Source of the DNA: Eledone cirrhosa
Lineage: Eukaryota
Direction of reading: 5' to 3'
Length of the DNA stretch: 64,000 nt
Assembly: GCA_964016885.1 (NCBI GenBank)
Contig: OZ024741.1
Location: 293,384,001 to 293,448,000, forward strand
Shown here in pieces: positions 54,701 through 64,000 of the stretch. A model generated the notes under the pieces. That model did no database searches, was not told where the DNA came from, and saw nothing but the letters and a program-made list of their open reading frames with translations. Positions within the stretch are counted from its first letter, which is position 1; the number at the start of each line of letters is the position of its first letter. The position numbers and the translations under genes are program-made.

Positions 54701-55284
54701 ATAATTGTTTCTACTTTCGGCACAAGGCCAGCAATTACCCAGTACATTACTGGTACTTTATTTTATCGACCCCGTAAGGATGAAAGGCAAAGTTAACCTC
54801 GGCGGGATTAGAACTCAGACTGTAAAAGGGATGTAATTATGCTACAAAGCATGGCATCCGACTCTCTACTGATACTGCCAATCCTCTACCTAACAAACAA
54901 TAATTGTTTCTACCTTTGGCACAAGGCCAGAAATTATCCAGTGTATTACTGGTACTTTATTTTATCGACTCTGTAAGGATGAAAGGCAAAGTTAACCTCG
55001 GCGGGATTTGAACTCAGAATGGAAAGGGGCATAACTCCATGCATCAAAGCATGGCGTCCGACTCTTTACTGATACTGCCAATCCACCGCCCTAACAAACA
55101 ATAATTGTTTCTACTTTAGGCACAAGGCCAGCAATTACCCAGTGCATTACTGGTACTTTATTTTATCGACCCCGTAAGGATGAAAGGCAAAGTCAACCTC
55201 GGCGGGATTTGAACTCAGATCGTAAAGGGACGTAACTATGCTGGAAAGCATGGTGTCCGACCCTCTACTGATACTGCCAATCCA
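54701..55284 (-). mobile_element. Three head-to-tail tRNA-derived SINE copies (about 198 bp period)
   Basis: aataattgtttctac..ggcacaaggccag starts near 54701, 54899 and 55100. Confidence 0.9.
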
Positions 55285-55628
55285 ATAGATAGTGTGTGTA
55301 GCCAATTCACTACATATACACAGACAACTGTAGCAAATCTTAGAATGCTGGTCACTGTTTTCTATAGTTTGTCCCCACTCCTTGCTTCATCAGTCATCTC
55401 CCTTTCAGTGTGTGACAGACAAATATATAGAAATAAATATACACATATTGGCTATTATTATAGGTGATGATTATAAGTACATTTGAGAGGAAAGATTACA
55501 ACAACGTCAAATATCTGTAGGGCTATATAAAATACATTTTACTGTAAATTTGATCCTACACAATTATTGCAGTTCAAATAAAATATGAAAAATCAGTGGA
55601 CAAAAAGCAAACATAGTTAGTTCAATTC

Positions 55629-55634
55629 TTTATT
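55629..55634 (-). promoter_or_regulatory. Candidate polyadenylation signal of the minus-strand host gene
   Basis: AATAAA about 450 nt after the stop, followed by T/GT-rich atgtttgctttttgt. Confidence 0.45.
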
Positions 55635-56078
55635 AAAACTAGGTTACAATTTTCTGAAAGCTTATATTGGCAATAGTTTGTCATAAGGCAGTAGTTAGAC
55701 TGTTTTGCTATCTATCACTTAAGCTCCTGGTGTACCAACATTGTCATGCTAAAATTCAAATATTTTGTCAATAACTTTGATAAAGAATCGACTAACATCA
55801 TGCATACCTTTCCTTTTGTCAATTCAATTTGACAACAGACCTTCAAATGTTAATCAGCATCCGAATCGTATTGCTTTGACAATCACTAAGCTTTCATAAG
55901 AGGAATAAATTTAGTATTATCATTATATAGGGAAAATAATGTGCTGATATTGCAAATATCGTATTTATTTTAACATTAATTGTATTGAAGTGGGGAGGCA
56001 TGTAGAATTAAGTGTTCACTCTAGAAACATAATAAAATGCATAAGCTTAAAATATGAACGTCTGCATGACATAATTAA

Positions 56079-56306
56079 CTACTCAATGGGGTGTGCATAA
56101 CCTGGAAAATAAAATGTTTTGTTTAATAGCAATTTACCTTTGCTGTCAAACAGACTTTTAACACTTCCAAGATTGTCTACAAAACCTTCATTAAACATAT
56201 ATAGTTCAAAGTATGTACTAAAGTGACTTATTGTACTTTTAATGTAGTCAATTTGTCGCAAAATTTCAGCTCCTTCCATTTGGAAGTTTAAAAGGAAATG
56301 TCTCAT
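56079..56306 (-). CDS. Terminal coding exon of an unidentified host gene (MRHFLLNF...FPGYAHPIE*)
   Basis: Strong acceptor ttcttttatttcttttttag directly before it; open non-repetitive frame; phase 0 matches the upstream exon. Confidence 0.75.
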   Translation of the reverse strand: MRHFLLNFQMEGAEILRQIDYIKSTISHFSTYFELYMFNEGFVDNLGSVKSLFDSKGKLLLNKTFYFPGYAHPIE

Positions 56307-56619
56307 CTAAAAAAGAAATAAAAGAATATCACAATAAATATACAAATAATTAAGATATTTATCTGTTGAGGATAACCAGTTTAAGCAATCCCAAAGCACT
56401 CCATGTCAGTAGTATATCATAAGCTTAGTGCTGGTGATTAGGTATGACAGAGGTACCATTTACAAAATGTTAAGACAGGATTAATTTTACATAATTTTGC
56501 ATAATATATATTTCAATGACATGGTTATGAAATGGTTATATCATTGATAGTATCCATGTGACGTCATCAGATCCTTGTACAATTATGAGGTGTAATTATG
56601 CAGGTATGCAGATACATAT

Positions 56620-56880
56620 ATATATATATATTGCACATATACAGTTGTTATACTTTCAATAGTCCTCTTTTTATGATTTAATGAGGGGTTTGATATTATT
56701 GCCTTCGTTTGTATTCCTTGCCATGATATAGACTCATGTGATAGAATGTCCAAGTTCTTCTTAAAAACATTTACATTCACTGTAAGTAGATCTCGCAAGG
56801 TTTCTGGCAAGGTATTAAAGCATTTAAGACCTTTGAACACAATGCTATGCATCATTTGGATCTTACACTAGATATTAAGT
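56620..56880 (-). mobile_element. Old CR1/L2-like 3' remnant
   Basis: GLKCFNTLPETLR..VNVFKKNLD matches the (W/F)NxLP..FK..LD LINE C-terminal motif. Confidence 0.55.
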
Positions 56881-58403
56881 TCTTATCCATGTGTCGTCAT
56901 TAAAGTGGATTTTAACAGCAGCTATGTTTACATATACAAAATAGATTGTTATATGCTGTGTGATCTAATGTACAGTCAAACTGGTCACTTTTTGTCAGGC
57001 AACCTTCATAGTAATGTCAACATAATCTTCTGCAAAGTATAACAAAAACTAACTCTTTACAAAGCAGTTACATTGCATTACAAGTGTTCCATTTTCTACC
57101 CAGTTGTACGACATGTTAAATAGAGAAATCTCATATTTCTGCTCTGCAGAAAACTCAAATTTAATTTTTAAATAGTATCATTAAGTATTATATCAGTGAG
57201 ATACTTTGAGAAAACTGTGGAAATTGCTGTAGAACAGAGCTACTCAAACATTTTTAGGCCACTGCCCCCCCCCCCCCCCCTCATGGCCATGTAATACCTT
57301 TAGCATTCCCCAACCCTATTTCCAGAGACCTGCCTACACACAAATTGTAACAAATATATAATAAATAAAATCATTCACTTATGTATGATAAATATTATAA
57401 TATATACTATGTATAAATACATATTATATATTTTTTTATTTTACTATATTTATATATATGTATCACTTGATTTTTAATATACTATTAAATCATCTCTACC
57501 TCCACCTCACCCCTTTAGGCCTCAGTGCCCCATGGACCTTCCTATAGCTCCCGTGGGTGTGTGTGTGTGGGGGGGGGGGGAGCACCTACCTTCAGAACCT
57601 CTGCTGTAGAACAATTTTGCAAAGACTGTACTATCACCAACTCGAAAGAGAGCATTGTAACATATATACATATACAACTCAAGTAAAAATTAACAACTAA
57701 AACAATCACAAAACTGTAATCTTTTGAATACCTGGGATGAATTTTTCCTGGTTTCGACTGCTGTAGTTTAATCCTAGGTCAACTTTGATGAAGCAGATCT
57801 ATGATGAAAATTCTTCCAGTCATCGGTTATCATGAATTAAGTTATTCAAAATATACTTTTAATTTTTTCCTCATTTTGAGTGGATAGTGATTTAAGAGCT
57901 ATTTGTTTGGGATGATCATAGAAGCATGCATACAGGAATGCTTCTGTAACTACCGAGGGAGTCATAAAGGCACCATATTTATATACAGTGTTTCTTGGGC
58001 ATTTTAAAACCTGATGGAACCCAAACATCTCCAGGTTTGAATACAGCAGATTTCTTCCAGAGAAAGATAGAGAGTGAGAGAATGGAAGCGAGAAAGATAT
58101 ATAGAGGAAGAATCGACTCCACTACTAGACTGGGACTTTTGTTATTGAGCTCAAATGGATGAAAGGCAAAGTTGACGTTGGTGCAGGGAGCAGAGAGTCA
58201 AAATGAATACCAAAAAATATTCTAGCCAGTGTTCTAACAACTCTGCCAATTCGCTGCCTGATCATAGAAGAAATGTCTTTAATCATAGATGTTTTGAATT
58301 AGTGACATGAGACAAAACATCTATACATACAACTTTCTCAAAGACAAACAAACATTATCAGCAATAACTAAAACAACTAAATAATATGAGTTTAAATACT
58401 CAC

Positions 58404-58511
58404 AGGAATGTTGTTAACGATGGAGATAGTATGGATTGTGTTGTTGTAGTTCCAGACTTCAGCATCAAATGCTCGATGTATAGAATCGATGAATTTTTTT
58501 GGAGCTTTTTG
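58404..58511 (-). CDS. Internal 108 bp coding exon (QKAPKKFIDSIHRAFDAEVWNYNNTIHTISIVNNIP) of the same host gene
   Basis: Acceptor cttttctttgtttag, donor GTGAGT, open phase 0/0 frame. Confidence 0.8.
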
Positions 58512-58669
58512 CTAAACAAAGAAAAGTAGAATATATACATACATATGTACATACACGTATGTCTAGCTATGACTTACAAATACAACCAACAACACAGTTT
58601 GTTTCAATCATATCTTATACCAATTATTTGTCACGCAACCATACCAATATATATTTCACGTTTGTGGCA

Positions 58670-61460
58670 AGTTGGGTCATGTGACCATGTCTTAATCATA
58701 CAGAACTGTTTCTGGCTTGGTTTCTATGGTTGGATGTTCTTAACACTATTCACATTCACAGTGTGGGCTGGGTGCTTTTTGTCGTGACATCTACATGACC
58801 ACTTCACTGTGTGGACTAGGTGCTTTTTGTCGTGACATCTACATGACCACATTGTGGCTGGATGCTTTTTGTTGTGATACCAACACAACAACTTTAAGTG
58901 TAAGGGTGGTGGGAACAGAAGTGGGTGAGTGGGTGCAGGGGTGTGGATGGTGTATAGGGGTTAAGAGGTGCCTACTAGATTTATGTTTCAGTCCATGTGC
59001 ATGTGAAAACGGATCTTCAGTATTACTGCAAAATGCCAAGGATCTTGATCTTGTGTCATAATTTTTGAGGGGTGTAATTGAGCAATGCCAGTTTTATCAC
59101 CTCATCCCAGGTTTTCCTGGGTCTTCCTACTCCATAACTTCCATCAATTTTGATCGACCTGCACCTTTTTATACAGCTGTCATCCTTCATACACATCACA
59201 TAACCATACCAATGCAATCTCCTCTCTAGCTTACTGCATTTGATCCCTCTTATGCCCAATTTCTCTCTCAGTTCATTTACGGTTTGCCATCACAGCATGC
59301 AAGCTTCATTTCTTTCGAGTCTTTGCAGGTCTTCTACATGCAGTGCACAGGCCTCACTACTCTACAGCATTGCTGTTTGTATACATTGATCATAGTATCT
59401 GCCCTTCATTTTATGGGAAATACCTCTTGTACCTGGCAGTGGTAGTAGCTCCCTGAACTTTCTCCATCCTGTTTTTACTCTGGCTACTATACCTTTGGAA
59501 CACCCTCCTCCACTGCTGATTCGGTTACTCAGGTAAAGGAAACTGTTGGCTGTTTCTACAGAGCTCTCTGGACATTTGAAGGAGCTAGTATCCTGTGGGC
59601 ACTTGCTACTTACTGCACCTGTGCATCAGCCACATATAAAACCTACATTCTTTGATAGCCTGCCTGTGATCCCATTACATATTTTATGTACCCATAGCTT
59701 GCATTTGGGACATAAGATTGAATATCCCTGATGGGGTCTGGGTCCTATTTTCCTTTCTATATACCAGGACTTTAGTCTTTTAAAAGTTAACTTTAAGACC
59801 TTTTGATTCTAGACCATGCTTTCAGGTTTGGAATTTTTTCTCTAATTCTACCATAGATTCAGCTATGAGGGTTAAATCATCTGCATACAGACGTTTCTAT
59901 GGGCAGCCAGTCTTAAACTCTTCTGTTATTGTTTGTAGGGCAATAATAAACAGGAGAGGGCTTAGAACAGAGCCCTGATGGACAGCTACATGCAAACTAA
60001 ATTCTTCACTATATTCATTGTTAACTCTAACCTTGCTGACTGTTCCACTATACATGGCATGTATAGCCTTCACAAGCCATTCATCTACTCCTAGTTTTCT
60101 AAGAGCCCACCAGATAATGGAACAGGGGACTCTGTCAAAGGCTTTCTCCAAGTCAACAAAAGGTAAGTTGAGGGGTTTACTTTTAGCTAGGTTCTTCTCC
60201 TGCAGTTGCTTCATGAGGAAGAGTGCTTCCATGGTACTTTTACCTGACATAAACCCAAACTGCATTTTATCAAGTTTAACTCAGACTATAATCACCTGTG
60301 CAATAACTCTTTCTGTGACATTCATGACCTAGTCAACCAGCTTAATGCTTCTATAGTTTTCTCTGTTTAGACCATCTCCATTGCACTTGTAACAGTTAAC
60401 GATGAGGCTGCTATGCCAGTCATTTGGTGTGACATCATTTTGTATTACATGGTTTACAATACAGGTGACTGTAGTGTGACCCAATATCCTAGATGCTTTC
60501 TGCATCTCAGCAACTATCCCCGAAGGTCCAGCTGTCTTGCCTGTCTTCCTATCTTTGATTGCTTTATTTACTACACTACTGCTAACTTGCACAGCTGATC
60601 TCTCTGCTGGATCAACTTGGGGCAAGCTATCTTCATCCCATTCATTCTCCTCATTTAGTAGTCTTTTATAGTAGCACTTCCATGTTACCTTCTTTTCAGC
60701 ATCAGTGAGGGCAAGTACTCCGTTATTGTTGTGGACACACTTCTCCCCAACAACATCACAATTTTCCATGACACATTGCCTCACAATCCTGAACACCTCA
60801 AACCATTGGTCCTCCAATTGCAGAACATACTTAAATGTTTTTATCTTATGCTTCCCTTCTTTGTAAAATACACTTGTCACTAAGCTTCTCTCCTAGCTCT
60901 TTGCTACTTTGACATCTTGCCATTCTTTCCATGCCTGGTTGCTGGCCTTAATTGTCTCCTCCATCCTACTATTCCACCCGTAAGTCACTCTCCTTCTCCC
61001 TAGAGACCTGCTCCAATGACAGATTTCATTTGTTGCCTTCACTAGGTTTGGTTTTCTTTCAAGAATTCCCACTGTTCCCTTATATTTTATGTTTCAATTT
61101 GCTCTTCCTTACTGTCAAAAGCATCAAGTTACATGTCTTTGAATTTGTTACTGGCTGTGGAGTCCTTCAACTTCCATATTCTTCTCCTCAAGGTTGTCCT
61201 CTGTCATCGAGTTCGTCCAGCTCTGACTATAAGGTTGCTGGGAGATGCATTCTTCACCAGGGAGGGACTTTATATTTACAATTGTCACTCTGCTTTGTCT
61301 TCTGGTAAGGATAATCTATCTGGCTGGTGTGCTCTCCTGATCTATAGGTGATCAAGTGATTGTCTTGTTTTTTTAAGTTTGTGTTAGAGATAGATAGGTC
61401 ATTGGCATCACAGAATTCCAGGAGCCTGAAACCTTCATAATTCTAGTGCCAAACCCATTA
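58670..61460 (-). mobile_element. Older degenerate RTE LINE (end of APE through RT to 3' UTR)
   Basis: Collinear with 30300-32970; FVDLEKAFDRVP, VHQGSVLSPLLF and GRPRKTWDEV with many stops. Confidence 0.92.
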
Positions 61461-61907
61461 TATACATACATATATGCATACACACACACATATATACAAA
61501 GAGAGAGGGGTCATGGTTAAAAGGCAACATTATGTTAATCTTTTCTTATATTTACTGACAAAAATTAGAAATAATTATTATTAAATCAGAAACAATTTTT
61601 CCTGAAAAAGAAATTGACTAAAATAACCTTATTCAGCTTGGTGAGGTCTCAGTGACCCATGACTTCTGTGAGGCTTCAGTGAGTGATATGAAGAGTGGTA
61701 GACTGGAAGCATGGCCAGATGGTGGTGTTACATAGAATAACGTATTAGATCTACCATGACTGTAAATATCATTTGAAGGTTGAAAAGGTATGAAAAAAAG
61801 GGAGAAAAACTACTTACACAAATGTATGGATTTGAACCACAATTCATTTGCTGAAAATAAATAATTAAATGAATGAATTAATTAATTGCAAAATATTTAA
61901 AAGAATA

Positions 61908-62070
61908 ATGGTTTCTGGTTTAGGCACAAAACCAGCAATTTCAGAGGAAGGGAAAGTCAATTAAATTGACCCCAGTGCATTACTGGTATTTATTTTATCA
62001 ACCCCATAAGGATAAAATGCAAAGCTAACCTCGGCGGGATTTGAACTCAGAATGTAAAGGGACATAATTG
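61908..62070 (-). mobile_element. tRNA-derived SINE
   Basis: Core and B-box motifs present. Confidence 0.82.
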
Positions 62071-62224
62071 TATGTATGTATACAGTGATACTTCACAGTT
62101 CGAATTTAATGTGTTCCATTTTTATAGCTGAATTCGGATATGATTTCTGAAACAACTGTAAGCCAATGAATATATTAGTTCAAGAATTCGGTATTGCATT
62201 ATCTAACATTTAATTTACGAATGA

Positions 62225-62530
62225 CTATGGGATTTGCACCTAGAAAGATTCCCTCCGAGGCACAAGTCCGAGCGAGGTTGTTTGTGGAAGACAAGCAGTC
62301 GCCCATGCATACAGGTCTTCCCTTGCTTTGCCCTGATGTCCAAGGGAAAAGCAAAGGCTGATACAACTTGGCACCAGTGACATCACAACTCATTTCTACA
62401 GCAGAGTGAACTGGGGCAACGTGAAACAGTGTCTTGCTCAAGAACACAACGCAAAGCCCAGTCCGAGAATCATACCCACAACCTTGCAATTATAAGCCTG
62501 ATGCTCTAACCACTAAGTCATGCACCTTCA
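62225..62530 (-). mobile_element. CORE-like SINE
   Basis: Reverse complement: tgacttagtggttagagc A box, gtgttcttgagcaagacact. Confidence 0.78.
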
Positions 62531-62611
62531 TGTACATACATAGATAAATATACACTATATATATGATGGCTGCCCCTCGTTATTAAGTATGGCCATTGCA
62601 CGATATAATTA

Positions 62612-62793
62612 TTAATTGTTTCTACTTTAGGCACAAGACCAGCAATTACCCAGTACATTACTGGTACTTTATTTTATCGACCACGTAAGGATGAAAGGCA
62701 AAGTTAATCTCGGCGGGATTTGAACTCAAACCGTAAAGGGATGTAACTATGCTAGAAAGCATGGCGTCCAACCCTCTACCGATACTGCCAATC
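62612..62793 (-). mobile_element. tRNA-derived SINE
   Basis: Same family as 24066. Confidence 0.88.
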
Positions 62794-62799
62794 AATTAA

Positions 62800-63347
62800 G
62801 CTATCGTGCAATGCCTGTGCATGAAGTTTTTTTTAAAGTGAGGAAAGACTGTGCACTGAGCCAATCCCACTCTCTGAGCGACAGTATCTATAACCCAAAA
62901 AGAAGAAAAGATCAACATCATCGGTAATTACTGAGCCGCAGGTTTTATGTCAGAGTTATCCCAGTTTCCTGAGTTGCCTTCTCCTAGAAGAATGCCCTGA
63001 CAAAGGTTAGGGGCCCTTCACCCCCAGTGGTTTAGCCATGCAGTCGGGTATCCAGCCCAATTATTCCTGTGTCCCCGTGCATATATACACATATGTATAC
63101 ATGCATATACATATATACATATAAACATACATACATATGTATATACATATTTACACATTTTTGGATGGACGTTAACTCTTATGAATTCTTCTGCCCTTTG
63201 TCAGGTTTTGTTTTTTGTCTTGCAGGGTGTCCAAAATCACCCTCCTCACCAAGTAAACTTAGTGGGGTTGTCGGTTTAGTCGCTGACGACCTGACAATGC
63301 GACAGGTTGTTCTGGGTTACATGTTACCGTAGCACTCAAGAGTGACC
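62800..63347 (-). mobile_element. Probable RTE-type 5' UTR remnants split by a microsatellite
   Basis: GC-richer structured sequence; motifs ctaggagaaggcaactc..aaaacc and acatgtaaccc..gactaaacc..gaggaggg resemble RTE 5' leaders (recalled similarity, not verified). Confidence 0.4.
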
Positions 63348-63458
63348 AGACATAAATAGATATGTATACACACTATATATATACATACATATATACATAC
63401 ATACATATATACATACATATATACATACATACATACATATCTATATATATATATATTG

Positions 63459-63700
63459 AAAGGATAACAAGGACGATTGGTTACTCCTTCATTACATTTA
63501 TTGGTAGGTGACGCGCGTTTCGACACTGATCAGCTCAAGGTTCGATCTGTATCGATCTTACCCGACTCAATAATCGACAGCTCGACCGACCCTTTAAAAT
63601 GGTATAAGAAAATGAATACATGCTATGTGATGAAGCTATACACTCTGTATAGCTCTACACCTCAACATAGAAGTGAACCTAAACATCGAGTGCTCACCGG
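63459..63700 (-). mobile_element. Probable Penelope-like terminus next to (TA)n with a half-hammerhead
   Basis: Minus strand cGAAACGCGCGTC acctacc AATAAA, then about 45 nt to (TA)n. Confidence 0.5.
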
Positions 63701-63744
63701 GTGAATCTGCAGTAAGTACAAGTTACACTCCCTAGATATATATA

Positions 63745-64000
63745 TCTAATTAAGCTTAGATTAGTTGTAGGTAGGAGACTACTGACAATCATCTCGGCCT
63801 ATGCTCCCCAAGCAGGCCTAGGAAAAGATGAGAAAGACTGCTTTTATGAGCAACTTTTGCAAACAGCCGCAATGACAGAGGACGGAGACATCGTTATGCT
63901 AGCAGGAGACTTCAATGGTCATGTTGGACAGTTCCAGGATGGTTACACTGGGGTACATGGTGGGCACGGTTACGGTTCAAGAAATGAAGAAGGAGTGAGA
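63745..64000 (+). mobile_element. RTE APE endonuclease fragment running off the window end
   Basis: TIISAYAPQAG..FYEQL..AGDFNGHVG..GVHGGHGYGSRNEEG. Confidence 0.9.

Noticed and set aside
54701-55284. CRISPR-like array or tRNA gene cluster
   Set aside because: Units are whole ~198 bp SINEs with no unique spacers and no complete cloverleaf; the context is eukaryotic.
63250-63347. Canonical HDV-like or twister ribozyme call
   Set aside because: No P1.1 GG after the candidate P1 and no matching twister L4/T1 pairing; kept only as an unclassified structured RNA.

Overview
AT-rich, repeat-dense animal genomic DNA. The repeat content (tRNA-derived SINEs, RTE LINEs with (GAT)n tails, long (TA)n arrays) suggests a cephalopod such as an octopus; this is inference. 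Most of the window is retroelement sequence: RTE LINEs of several subfamilies (one near full length), CR1, Tx1/L1, R4/Dong in (TAA)n, a CRE-like fragment, and many SINEs. Host-gene evidence is limited to two well-supported minus-strand exons (58404-58511 and 56079-56306) and a few weak plus-strand exon candidates. The most notable signal, invisible in the ORF track, is a set of unrelated fold-back elements built as (TA)n - inverted arm - arm - unpaired tail - (TA)n. Several carry type I hammerhead ribozyme motifs, including one atypical-core variant conserved in both arms, which fits Penelope-like element termini. Coordinates of degenerate repeats are approximate, and all RNA folds were paired by eye.
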